A stretch of 64,000 nt of DNA from Rhodoplanes serenus. GTDB taxonomy: Bacteria > Pseudomonadota > Alphaproteobacteria > Rhizobiales > Xanthobacteraceae. This document shows positions 51,140-60,372 of this stretch, piece after piece (position 1 is the stretch's first letter; every line of letters starts with the position of its first letter). The stretch is taken from positions 196-64,195 of the forward strand of contig CAMDDZ010000025.1 in NCBI GenBank assembly GCA_945893145.1. The letters are read 5' to 3'. The position numbers were made by a program, and so were the translations under genes. The notes under the pieces are model-generated. The model was given only the letters and a program-made list of their open reading frames with translations, had not been told where the DNA came from and did not search any database.

Positions 51140-51657
51140 AGCTGCGGCAGAGCCTCAGCCGCGGGCTGGCAGACCAGGCGCGACTGCAATGCCGTGGCGC
51201 GGCCATCCTGGGTCGGCTGGTAGAACACGCTGTAACGCTCGACCGCCTCGACAAAGGCCAGCACATCACGATCCTTCTTCACCTCGAAGGCGTCGAAGCC
51301 CGCGCGCAGCAGGAACAGGAATTGATCCCGCAGCACCTGGCCGGTGGCGCGAAGCTCGCCGCGAAAGCCATAGCGCTCGCGCAGCAACCGCGCCTGGCTG
51401 TAGGCACGGCCGTCGCGGAACGTCGGGAACACCAGCGCGACCAGCGAGAGGCGGTGCAGATAGGGGACAAGCTCGGCGACCGCGCGGTCGTTCGGCCAGA
51501 TCACGCCAAGCGGCTGCTCGCGCGTCGTAAGCTCGCCGGCGTCAGCGAGCAAGCGCGCCGCCGGAACGAGGACGGCCGCGTCGTCCGGCAGTGGCGCATC
51601 GTCGAGAACAGCGATGTAGCGGTCCGGCACCAGCCGGCCATCTTTAACGAGCCGCAT
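51100..51657 (-). CDS. DUF934 protein associated with sulfite reductase
   Basis: FRDGRAYSQARLLRERYGF.GELRA.G.VL.DQ signature. Overlaps the cysI end. The 3' end overlaps the convergent comM by 40 bp. Confidence 0.8.
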   Translation of the reverse strand: MRLVKDGRLVPDRYIAVLDDAPLPDDAAVLVPAARLLADAGELTTREQPLGVIWPNDRAVAELVPYLHRLSLVALVFPTFRDGRAYSQARLLRERYGFRGELRATGQVLRDQFLFLLRAGFDAFEVKKDRDVLAFVEAVERYSVFYQPTQDGRATALQSRLVCQPAAEALPQLHAARRTSSVSAR

Positions 51658-53302
51658 AGACGCGCTCCTTGAACGGTTCGACGCCGAGCCGCTTCACCGT
51701 ATCGACGAACAGCTCCTCCGGCCGCGTGCGCAGTTCGAGATAGGCCGTGGCGATATCCTCGACCACATCGGGAACCTGATCGTAGGGCACTGCTGGACCG
51801 ATCAACGCACCGAGCTCGGCGTTCTCGTCGGCGCGACCGCCGATGGTGATTTGGTAAAACTCTTCGCCGTTCTTCTCGACGCCGAGAATGCCGATGTGGC
51901 CAACGTGATGGTGGCCGCAGGCGTTGATGCAGCCGGAAATGTTGATGTGCATGCGGCCGAGCTTGCGGGCGCGGCCGAGATCGCGGAAGCGACGGCTGAT
52001 CTCCTGCGCCACCGGGATCGAACGCGTGTTGGCGAGGCTGCAATAGTCGAGGCCCGGGCAGGCGATGATGTCGGACACCAAGCCAACGTTCGGCGTGGCG
52101 AGGCCCGCAGCATCGAGCGCGCGCCACAGCTCCGGCAGATCGCGCTGCGCGACGTGCGGCAGCACCAAGTTCTGCTCGTGCCCGACACGGATTTCGCCGA
52201 AGCCAAAGCGATCGGCCAAATCCGCAATCGTATCCATCTGCGCCGCGGTGGCGTCGCCCGGCGGCCCACCCTCGGGCTTTAGCGACAGCGTCACGATCGC
52301 GTAGCCCGCCTGCTTGTGGTTGCCGACCGAATTGTTCACCCAGGCGTCGAAACGGCGGTCGGCGGCGCGGGCGCGTGACAACGCCGGCGAGCCATCGTTG
52401 AGCTTCTCGTAATCGGGATAGCGGAACCGCGCCGCGATATCGGCCACGGCTGCGGCATCGAGCGCCAGCGCGCCATCCTTCGTCGACAACCACTCGGCTT
52501 CGACCTGGCGGCCGAATTCCTCGGCGCCAAGCTCGTGCACCAAAATTTTGATGCGCGCCTTGTAGATGTTGTCGCGCCGTCCGTATTGATTATAGACCCG
52601 CAGAATCGCCTCGATGTAGCTCAGCACATCGCGCTTGTGCAGAAACGGCTTGATGGTCTTGGCGATGAACGGCGTGCGGCCAAGCCCGCCGCCGACCATG
52701 ACTTCGAAGCCTGTCTCGCCCGCGCCGTTGCGATGCAGCCGCAGCCCTATGTCGTGGACTTTCACCGCCGCGCGGTCGTGCGTGGCCGCCGTGATCGCGA
52801 TCTTGAACTTGCGCGGCAGGAACGAGAATTCGGGATGCATCGTCGAGTGCTGGCGCAGGATTTCGGCCCAGATGCGCGGGTCCTCGATCTCATCGGTGGC
52901 GACGCCGGCCCATTGGTCGGTGGTGATGTTGCGCACGCAATTACCGCTGGTCTGCATGCCGTGCAGGCCAGTGCGCGCCAGATCGGCCAGGGCGTCGGGG
53001 AGGGCTTCGAGCTTGATCCAGTTGAACTGGATGTTCTGCCGAGTGGTGAAATGGCCGTAACCGCGGTCGTAGGTGCGTGCGACGTGCGCCAGCGTGCGCA
53101 TCTGATCGGATGACAGCGTGCCGTAGGGGATCGCAATCCGCAGCATGTAGGCGTGCAGCTGCAGATAGACGCCGTTCATCAGCCGCAGCGGCTTGAATTC
53201 TTCCTCGGTGAGTTCGCCGGAGAGTCGCCGCCGCACCTGGTCGCGGAATTCCGTGACGCGCTCGTTGATCAGCGTCCGATCGAATTCGTCATAGCGGTAC
53301 AT
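51644..53302 (-). CDS. cysI: assimilatory sulfite reductase hemoprotein (nitrite/sulfite reductase family)
   Basis: Sirohaem/4Fe-4S Cys cluster (CPGLDYCSLA ... SGCINACGHH) and NIR_SIR ferredoxin-like repeats. Confidence 0.9.
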   Translation of the reverse strand: MYRYDEFDRTLINERVTEFRDQVRRRLSGELTEEEFKPLRLMNGVYLQLHAYMLRIAIPYGTLSSDQMRTLAHVARTYDRGYGHFTTRQNIQFNWIKLEALPDALADLARTGLHGMQTSGNCVRNITTDQWAGVATDEIEDPRIWAEILRQHSTMHPEFSFLPRKFKIAITAATHDRAAVKVHDIGLRLHRNGAGETGFEVMVGGGLGRTPFIAKTIKPFLHKRDVLSYIEAILRVYNQYGRRDNIYKARIKILVHELGAEEFGRQVEAEWLSTKDGALALDAAAVADIAARFRYPDYEKLNDGSPALSRARAADRRFDAWVNNSVGNHKQAGYAIVTLSLKPEGGPPGDATAAQMDTIADLADRFGFGEIRVGHEQNLVLPHVAQRDLPELWRALDAAGLATPNVGLVSDIIACPGLDYCSLANTRSIPVAQEISRRFRDLGRARKLGRMHINISGCINACGHHHVGHIGILGVEKNGEEFYQITIGGRADENAELGALIGPAVPYDQVPDVVEDIATAYLELRTRPEELFVDTVKRLGVEPFKERVYAAR

Positions 53303-53311
53303 GCGCGGTCC

Positions 53312-53626
53312 TCAACCGATCCGATCCGACGCGACGGTCGGGCCGAAATGACGGATGCGCTCGCGCAGATTTCCCGGCAGCACGCGGCGCTGCTGCGTGA
53401 GCTCTACCGGGGCAATGTACGGGCCAACCGCACCGATATCGTCAGCGACCGCACCAGCCAGCAACTCACTCGCTGTGGGCGCGGTCGTCACCACGGCGGC
53501 AGCCGCAAGCTCCGTGGTCCAACTGCCATGGGCGGTGCGGTAGATCACCGCGCCATCGGCAAGCCGGTTCGCGGTCACCACCACCGGCCCTTTGATCTTC
53601 AGCTTTTGTTCGAGCGGGGAGGTCAT
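53312..53626 (-). CDS. DUF2849 protein
   Basis: VVTANRLADGAVIYR... pattern. Its ATG overlaps the cysG stop (ATGA). Lies between cysG and cysI. Confidence 0.7.
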   Translation of the reverse strand: MTSPLEQKLKIKGPVVVTANRLADGAVIYRTAHGSWTTELAAAAVVTTAPTASELLAGAVADDIGAVGPYIAPVELTQQRRVLPGNLRERIRHFGPTVASDRIG

Positions 53627-55047
53627 GCGGCATCCAAGACATTGACGAGCGCGCGGCCAAGATCGGCGGCGCGCCACGGTGTCGAATGCGCCACCACGTC
53701 GCCGACCACGAGCAGCGCAGGACCGTCGTCGACAGAGGCCGCGAGCGCCGGCAGATCGGCGAGGCGGCCGACCTTGGCTTGCGAATCCTGCCGGGTGCCA
53801 CAGGCGAGTACGGCCGCGGGCGTCGCCGGATCGCGTCCCGCCGCAACAAGACCGTCGCGCACCGCAGCCGCGGCCGAGAGGCCCATATAGACGACGACCG
53901 TGGTCTGCCGGTCGCCAAGGCCCGACCAGTCGATCGGCGCGGCGTCCTCGGCCTGATGCGCCGTGATGAAGGTCAGGCGCGACGCCTCGTTGCGCAGCGT
54001 CAGCGGAAGGCCAGCCTCGGCGGCACAGCCCAGCGCGGCAGTCACGCCCGGCACGACCACCACCGGCACGCCGGCCGAGCGCAGCGCTTCTATTTCCTCA
54101 CCGCCGCGCCCGAACACGAATGGATCGCCGCTCTTGAGTCGCACCACGCGCTTGCCGGCGCGAGCCGCTGCAATCAAGCGCTGGTTGAGCTCCTCCTGGC
54201 CGATGCCGGGCTTGCCGCGCCGCTTGCCCACGAACACATGCTCGCAATCGCGGCGCACGCGCTCGAGAATTTCGGCGGTCACCAGCTCGTCGTAAAACAC
54301 AATATCGGCGTCCTGCATCAGTTGCAGCGCGCGCAACGTCAGCAGATCGGGGTCGCCCGGTCCGGCGCCGACCAGCGCCACCGTTGCGGTCTTGCTTTGG
54401 CTGCGCGCGTTCCGGGCGTCGTCGATGGCGCGCTCGAGCGCCGCCTCGGCCTCCGTGAGCCGGCCCGCGAGCGCAGCGTCCGCAATCGGCCCGTCGATGA
54501 CCTGCTGCCAAAACAACCGCGGCGAAACCTTGGGCTTCGCCGCCGAAATCTTGTCGCGGTAGCGGCCAATCAGCGCTGCGAGATCGCCGAGCCGGGCCGG
54601 CAGTAACGCTTCGATGCGCTCGCGCAGACGGCGCGCCAGCACCGGCGATGCGCCGCTGGTGCCGATCGCGACCACGACATCGCCGCGATCGACGATGGCT
54701 GGAAAAATGAAAGTCGAGAGGTCGGTGCGATCGACGACGTTAATGGGCACATGCTGCGCGCGCACCCGCGCCGCGATCTTGTCGTCGAGCCCGAGACCGG
54801 CCGCACACACCACCGCGATCGATCCGGAAAAATCCGCAAGCAGCGGGTCGTCGAGCGTAACCTCGAGCTGGCCCGGACCTGAGGCCGCCATGACGATCTC
54901 TTCCGCCACGTCGGCATTGATCGGAAACCAGCGCACGCGGGCATGTGCGGCGCGCAGCAGCCTGAGCTTGTTGATCGCGGCTTCGCCGGAGCCCACCAGG
55001 GCGACCGGACCCGAACTGAGATCGAGGCAGACAGGAAGGAAGCGCAT
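53623..55047 (-). CDS. cysG: sirohaem synthase (precorrin-2 dehydrogenase/ferrochelatase + uroporphyrinogen-III C-methyltransferase)
   Basis: N-terminal VALVGSGEAA Rossmann motif. C-terminal VALVGAGPGDPDLLTLRA...VRLKSGDPFVFGRGGEE SUMT signatures. Confidence 0.92.
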   Translation of the reverse strand: MRFLPVCLDLSSGPVALVGSGEAAINKLRLLRAAHARVRWFPINADVAEEIVMAASGPGQLEVTLDDPLLADFSGSIAVVCAAGLGLDDKIAARVRAQHVPINVVDRTDLSTFIFPAIVDRGDVVVAIGTSGASPVLARRLRERIEALLPARLGDLAALIGRYRDKISAAKPKVSPRLFWQQVIDGPIADAALAGRLTEAEAALERAIDDARNARSQSKTATVALVGAGPGDPDLLTLRALQLMQDADIVFYDELVTAEILERVRRDCEHVFVGKRRGKPGIGQEELNQRLIAAARAGKRVVRLKSGDPFVFGRGGEEIEALRSAGVPVVVVPGVTAALGCAAEAGLPLTLRNEASRLTFITAHQAEDAAPIDWSGLGDRQTTVVVYMGLSAAAAVRDGLVAAGRDPATPAAVLACGTRQDSQAKVGRLADLPALAASVDDGPALLVVGDVVAHSTPWRAADLGRALVNVLDAA

Positions 55048-55064
55048 GACAAGCCCTCAGTGCC

Positions 55065-55087
55065 GGATAGAGAATTATTTTCTATCC
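55065..55087. promoter_or_regulatory. AT-rich imperfect palindrome GGATAGAgaattatttTCTATCC upstream of cysG (LysR/CysB-type T-N11-A-like candidate operator)
   Basis: Read directly. It lies 18-40 bp upstream of the cysG ATG, within an AT-rich spacer. Confidence 0.4.
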
Positions 55088-55194
55088 AGAGCATGATAGG
55101 GCCTTGCTGAGAGTATTATTTTCCGTTGTTGAATTATCTTCGCTGGCTGTTTGCTAGAAAACGGTCGCGCTGGAAAACAGCTATCCGCTTCGGA

Positions 55195-56196
55195 TCACTT
55201 CACGAACGCGTCCGTGAAAAGGCCGTCGTAGGACTTCAGCTTCTCGTCGGCCTTCATCAGCCGCGCCTCGACGTTAAAGTTCTCCGCATTGGCCAGCGCT
55301 TCATTGGTGACCGCGGGCGAAGCTGGCGTCGACTTGCGCACCACCTCGATCGCGTCGGCCAGCACCGCATCATCAAAATTCTTGAAGGTCTTTTTCAGGA
55401 TCGCGAGCGTGCCCTTGGCGTCGTTGCGGATGTAAGCCATCGCCTCAGCAAAGGCGCGGCCCATCTTGACGCACAACGACCGGCGCTTCTCGCAGGTGTC
55501 GGGCTTGCTCGCGACCACGTTGAAGGCCAGCGGCGTGAGATGCGCCGGATCGCCCTCGGCGCCGCTCGCGACCAATACGGTTGTGCCCTCGACCGTGCCC
55601 TTGCGGGTCCAGGGCAGCACCGTCGACATGCCGTCGATGGCTTTGGTCTGCATGCCCGCCAGCATGTTGTCGCCCGCCATTGGCGCGACACGGATGCTTT
55701 CGGGATCGAGCCCGCCCGCAAGCGCAACAATCCGCAGATAGGCATGCACCACCGTGTTGACGCCGCCGATCGCGAAGGTGCGATCCTTCAGGATTTGCGC
55801 GCGCTTAGCTAATGGCGCTTTCGGATCGAAGCCCGCAGCGTCGGCAATGTCCTTGCGGATGGTGATTTCGGTGATCGGCTTGTCGGTGGTGTTGACGATC
55901 GCCAGCAAGCGTTGGCCGTGCGCCGCCGCGCGTGTCAGCGAGAGTCCAGAAATCTGCGCGAACTCGGCGCTGCCGGAAATTACCGCATTGGTCGAGCCGA
56001 TGCCCGCAATCACGATGGTCTTCACGCGGAGGCCATGCTTTTCCCAAAGCCCAAGCCCATCCGCGACATAGCTTGCAACAAACGGAAAGCCGACCGCCGG
56101 CACCGCCATGGTGGCGTCTTCGAGCGGCTCCGCGCGCGCCGGCGCCGCACCAAACACAAGTGCAGCAGCTACAGCAGCGAGGGCGGCGCGGATCAT
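55195..56196 (-). CDS. NMT1-like (nitrate/sulfonate/taurine-type) ABC substrate-binding protein
   Basis: Signal peptide (AALAAVAAALVFGAAPARA) and binding-protein fold. Its start overlaps the stop of the upstream cupin gene (ATGA). Confidence 0.7.
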   Translation of the reverse strand: MIRAALAAVAAALVFGAAPARAEPLEDATMAVPAVGFPFVASYVADGLGLWEKHGLRVKTIVIAGIGSTNAVISGSAEFAQISGLSLTRAAAHGQRLLAIVNTTDKPITEITIRKDIADAAGFDPKAPLAKRAQILKDRTFAIGGVNTVVHAYLRIVALAGGLDPESIRVAPMAGDNMLAGMQTKAIDGMSTVLPWTRKGTVEGTTVLVASGAEGDPAHLTPLAFNVVASKPDTCEKRRSLCVKMGRAFAEAMAYIRNDAKGTLAILKKTFKNFDDAVLADAIEVVRKSTPASPAVTNEALANAENFNVEARLMKADEKLKSYDGLFTDAFVK

Positions 56197-57221
56197 TCGA
56201 CCTGCTCGCGCCAGTAGCCCAGCGCCTCCTGTCCGGCGCGGTCCGAATAGCTGAATAGCTCAAGCTCGCTGTCGGCGCGGAAGCTGTAGGGCGACCAAGG
56301 CGGCGCCACGAACACATCATGCGCAGCAATCTTGAACGTCTCCTCGCCGACCTGCGCCGTGCCGCTACCTTTGTGCACCGCGAACACCGCACTGCCGGTC
56401 GAGCGGTAGGTTTTGCCGTCAAAGCCGGCCGGCAGCCGCTGTATCGACACCGCCATTGTGGGGAACGGGTGCTTGCCGTTCGCCGGATTGGCGTAGCGCA
56501 AGCGGAAGCCATGCGCCGGATGCGGCTTGCCGGCCTTGGCCATGCTGTCGAGCGCCGCGCGCGTGCGCTCGTAGGGATAGATCAGCACGGGCGTCGAATG
56601 GCCATCGGAGACGAACTCGTCGGGAATCAGGTTCATGCCGTAGACCGCCATCGACTCGCCCTCCGGCCGGTCGAGCGGTTGGGTATCCTGCGGATAGGGC
56701 TCGTAGAATGCCGCGCCGAAGAAGCGAGCGAACGGCGTGTCGAGACCATCGAGCCACACCACCGGCGTGGTGCCGAGGTTGCCGTGATCGTGCCAAGCCC
56801 AGGCCGGCGTCACCACGAAGTCGCCGGGCTTCATCGGCAGCTTCTCGCCGGCGACTGCCGTGTACGCGCCCTCGCCCTCGATAATGAAGCGCAGCGCGCT
56901 CGGCGTATGCCGATGCGACGGCGCAACCTCACCCGGCAGAATGATCTGCAATCCAGCGAACAGTGAGTCGCAAATGAAGGTGGTGCCGCGCAGGCTCGGA
57001 TTTTCCAGGCACAGCACGCGGCGCGAGGCCTCCTTCTTGGTGACGAGGTCGGCAGCGCGCATGAGGTGCGGGCGCACGGTGTCGTAGCTCCAATGCGCCG
57101 GCACACACTTGGTCCCGGGCTTCAATCCGCCCACCCGTTCCCACAGTGGGAAAAGGCTCATACCGTTGATTTCATCCATGAATCGGCCGTAGTCGGAATT
57201 CGCTCGGCTGGCGACCGCCAT
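56193..57221 (-). CDS. bicupin dioxygenase, gentisate 1,2-dioxygenase-like
   Basis: Cupin metal motif in the first cupin domain (LPGEVAPSHRHTPSALRFIIEG...WHDHGN) and a C-terminal second cupin domain; 342 aa. Confidence 0.75.
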   Translation of the reverse strand: MAVASRANSDYGRFMDEINGMSLFPLWERVGGLKPGTKCVPAHWSYDTVRPHLMRAADLVTKKEASRRVLCLENPSLRGTTFICDSLFAGLQIILPGEVAPSHRHTPSALRFIIEGEGAYTAVAGEKLPMKPGDFVVTPAWAWHDHGNLGTTPVVWLDGLDTPFARFFGAAFYEPYPQDTQPLDRPEGESMAVYGMNLIPDEFVSDGHSTPVLIYPYERTRAALDSMAKAGKPHPAHGFRLRYANPANGKHPFPTMAVSIQRLPAGFDGKTYRSTGSAVFAVHKGSGTAQVGEETFKIAAHDVFVAPPWSPYSFRADSELELFSYSDRAGQEALGYWREQVE

Positions 57222-57344
57222 GACGTCTCTCCCTTCGATTGGGTGACCCAGACTGTCCCGTACCGGGCGGGCAGGCGCAACCCGGTTAAGGCCCGTTTAC
57301 CAACGTTAACAATTTGGAAACCATAACGGACTTATCCGTCTGGC

Positions 57345-57818
57345 ATGGACCGATTCCGCAAAACCATGATTCTGCTGGCGGGCCTGGCCCTGCCGGCGGC
57401 GGCCGCCCATGGCACCTTCTCGACGCCGGACCCGCTCTGCTTTGCGAGCGGCGCCGCGTCCTACCGGCTCTCGCCAAACGCCATGCTGCCCGACTATCGG
57501 GTCCGTATCGACAATGCGGCCGCCAAGCCCGATCTGCGGATGCAGATGGTGGATCGCCCCGAGATCGCGGATTTCATCATCGCCGACGACTATGGCGCCA
57601 AGGAAGGCGATGCCTGCGGTTCCTCGGTCCCGATCAGGACCGTCAAGCTCGACACCGAAACGCGCGCACCCGACGTCGTGGTGGCCCTTGCGGCCGACAC
57701 GCCCTCGCCGGACTACAAGGTCTATGTGCATTCGGTGCGCTATTCGCAGGCCGATGCCGCAGCCTTGCTGGCCGCCGTGTGGAAGGCCACACAGAAGCGC
57801 GAGATCGCGGCCCGCTAA
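57345..57818 (+). CDS. secreted hypothetical protein
   Basis: Signal peptide MILLAGLALPAAAAHG. No family recognised. Confidence 0.5.
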   Translation: MDRFRKTMILLAGLALPAAAAHGTFSTPDPLCFASGAASYRLSPNAMLPDYRVRIDNAAAKPDLRMQMVDRPEIADFIIADDYGAKEGDACGSSVPIRTVKLDTETRAPDVVVALAADTPSPDYKVYVHSVRYSQADAAALLAAVWKATQKREIAAR

Positions 57819-58029
57819 GCCGGGCTACTGCCCAGCACTTCCACGGTTTCTGTAAAACACGCGCTACAGCGTTAGCGGCGCGTAAACCCTCGACCCTGAG
57901 TCCCCGATTGGTGAAGGAGAATCGAAAGATTCTCCGGATCAAATCGCCTGCACAAAACGACAGCACGGATCACGGGCGGCATTGCGGTGCCGTTTGAATG
58001 AACCGGCGGGCTAGGGGCCAGGCGTTCGC

Positions 58030-60270
58030 ATGCAGGTTCGTCGCAGAAGCGAAAAGCGTCGGCGTTTTTATTTCGGCCGCCGACAGCTTATGTCGGTCGT
58101 GCGATGGGCCTTTATTGTGCTCGGCACGGTGACCACCGCCTTCGTTCTGTTCTCGCATCTCTATTACGTCAACGAGTCGATCTACGACCCTTCCTTGTTT
58201 GCGATCGGCGTCGGCGGGCTGTTCACCATCGCGTGTGGCATCATTTTGATGATCGCCGCAGCCAACGGAAGCAAGGATCGCGAGCTGCGCATCGCTGCCA
58301 CGCGCTGCGAGGAACTGGCCGATCACATCTGGGCGCTGCGCGAAGCCGAGCAGCGCGCCACCAGCCTGCTCGAGTCGCAGGGTGACCTGATCGTGCGCCG
58401 CGACCGCGAAGGCCGCATCACCTACGCCAACGACGCCTTCTGCACGCTGTCCGGCAAGCCGCGCGAGGCGCTGCTCGGCACCACGACAAATCTCAAGGTG
58501 ATCGAGCAAGGCAAAACCGACACGCTGGCCGACGGCACCCGGATGCACGACCAAAAGATCATGACCCGCGACGGCGAGCGTTGGCTTGCCTGGCGCGACG
58601 TGATGGTCTGGGAAGAGTCGGACGATTGCGCCGAGACGCAGAGCGTCGGCCGTGACGTCACGGCCCGTATCCAGGCCGAGCAATCGTTGGCCGACGCGCG
58701 CGATGCCGCCGAAAGCGCGAGCCTCGCCAAATCGCGCTTCCTCGCGATGGTGTCGCACGAGATCCGCACGCCGTTGAACGGCATCCTCGGCATGGCCGGC
58801 CTGCTGCTCGACACCACGCTGACCCAGGAGCAGATCGCTTACGTGAAGGCCGCCAAGACTTCGGGCGACGCACTCCTCTCGCTGATCGAGGAAATTCTCG
58901 ACTTCTCCAAGATCGAGGCGGGCAAGCTCGAGCTGGCAGCCGAGCCGTTCGCGCTCGCGGCACTGGTCGAAGAGGTCGTCGAGCTGCTCGGCCCTCGCGC
59001 CCAAGCCAAGGGCTTGGAGATCGCCTCCGATATCGACGAAAGCTTGCCGGAGCACGTCATTGGCGACGCGACGCGGCTGCGTCAGGTGTTGCTCAATCTC
59101 GCTGGCAACGCCATCAAGTTCACCGAGACGGGCGGCGTCAGCGTCGTGGTCGAGCCGGGCCCCGGCAGCGGCCAGATCGTGTTCGAGGTGCATGACACCG
59201 GCATCGGCATCGCGGCGGACGAGCAGGCGCGCATTTTCAACGAATTCGAGCAGGCCGATAGCGGCGCAGCTCGCAAGTTTGGTGGCACCGGTCTTGGCCT
59301 TGCGATCTCCAAACGCATCGTCGAACGCATGGGCGGCCGTATCGACCTCGAAAGCACGCCCGGCAACGGCGCGGCATTCCGTGTCATCGTAAAGCTTGCG
59401 GCACCTGACGGCGCACAGGCGGTGAGCTTCACGCCACCCGATCTCAAAGGCGCATCGGCGCTGATCGTGGCGCCTGGCTCAATCGCAGCCGCGATGTTGC
59501 AGCGCCGGCTGACGCGCTGGGGCGCGAACACGACGACTGTCGATACCGAGACAGCAGTCAGCGCGATTTCAAAGCAACACTGGGATATTGCGTTGATCGA
59601 TCACACGCTCGGCGATGACGCCGTGCGAAGCTTCGTTCGCCAAGCCGGTGTCTCCATTCCGCGCCGCATCGTTCTGGTGACGCCGGGCGAGCGGCATGCG
59701 CTCGCGTCGTTGAAGGATGCTGGCTGCACCGGCTATCTCGTTAAACCGGTTCGCGTCGCCTCACTCGCGGCCCGGCTCACCGACGACGATTCCTTCGATA
59801 CGCCAGCCGTCGCGGCCGCAACGCAAACCGATACCCCGGCTGTTGAATTCGGCACCGCAGAGAGCAAGCTCGCGATCCTGATCGCCGAGGACAACGAGAT
59901 CAACGCGCTGCTGGCGCGCGCCCTGCTGGCGAAGCTCGGCCATCGCCCGACCATCGCGGCGAGCGGCGAAGCCGCGCTGGCGTCCTGGAACGCGGCGCGC
60001 GACCAGGGTGCGCCCTACGACCTCGTGCTGATGGACGTTCACATGCCCGGCCTCGACGGCATCGAAGCGGCGCGCCGCATCCGCGCAGCCGAGACGGAAG
60101 CCAACGGTCACCGCACACCGATTTTCGCGCTGACCGCCAATGCCTTCGCGGAGGATCGCGATGCCTGCCTCGGCGCCGGCATGGATGGCTTTCTGGTCAA
60201 GCCATTGAACCGCGAACGGCTGGCCGCGACGCTGGCCGGCTTGCAGGACCGCGCCACACTCGCGGCCTAG
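58030..60270 (+). CDS. membrane-bound hybrid sensor histidine kinase with PAS, HisKA/HATPase, a degenerate receiver and a canonical receiver domain
   Basis: H-box SHEIRTPLNG; N and G boxes (NLAGNAIKFT, DTGIGI, GGTGLGLAI). REC with EDNEIN...DLVLMDVHMPGLDG...KP. Start may be 58090. Confidence 0.88.
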   Translation: MQVRRRSEKRRRFYFGRRQLMSVVRWAFIVLGTVTTAFVLFSHLYYVNESIYDPSLFAIGVGGLFTIACGIILMIAAANGSKDRELRIAATRCEELADHIWALREAEQRATSLLESQGDLIVRRDREGRITYANDAFCTLSGKPREALLGTTTNLKVIEQGKTDTLADGTRMHDQKIMTRDGERWLAWRDVMVWEESDDCAETQSVGRDVTARIQAEQSLADARDAAESASLAKSRFLAMVSHEIRTPLNGILGMAGLLLDTTLTQEQIAYVKAAKTSGDALLSLIEEILDFSKIEAGKLELAAEPFALAALVEEVVELLGPRAQAKGLEIASDIDESLPEHVIGDATRLRQVLLNLAGNAIKFTETGGVSVVVEPGPGSGQIVFEVHDTGIGIAADEQARIFNEFEQADSGAARKFGGTGLGLAISKRIVERMGGRIDLESTPGNGAAFRVIVKLAAPDGAQAVSFTPPDLKGASALIVAPGSIAAAMLQRRLTRWGANTTTVDTETAVSAISKQHWDIALIDHTLGDDAVRSFVRQAGVSIPRRIVLVTPGERHALASLKDAGCTGYLVKPVRVASLAARLTDDDSFDTPAVAAATQTDTPAVEFGTAESKLAILIAEDNEINALLARALLAKLGHRPTIAASGEAALASWNAARDQGAPYDLVLMDVHMPGLDGIEAARRIRAAETEANGHRTPIFALTANAFAEDRDACLGAGMDGFLVKPLNRERLAATLAGLQDRATLAA

Positions 60271-60280
60271 ACTTTTATTT

Positions 60281-60329
60281 GAGCATGATCTTTTCCGAAA
60301 ACCGGTTTCCACTTTTCGGGATCATGCTC
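60281..60329. repeat. 49-bp palindromic REP-like element, copy 1
   Basis: GAGCATGATCTTTTCCGAAAACCGGTTTCCACTTTTCGGGATCATGCTC, with a 10-bp outer and a 7-bp inner stem. Confidence 0.85.
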
Positions 60330-60372
60330 TAAACCCCCGGTGGCGCGTTGCCGCGCCCCCATTGTCATCAAA

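Noticed and set aside
57916-57935. GGAGAATC-GAAA-GATTCTCC hairpin as an intrinsic terminator
   Set aside because: It is a perfect 8-bp stem with a GAAA loop, but no U-tract follows. It lies in the 5' region of the kinase gene, so its function is unclear and I did not call it.
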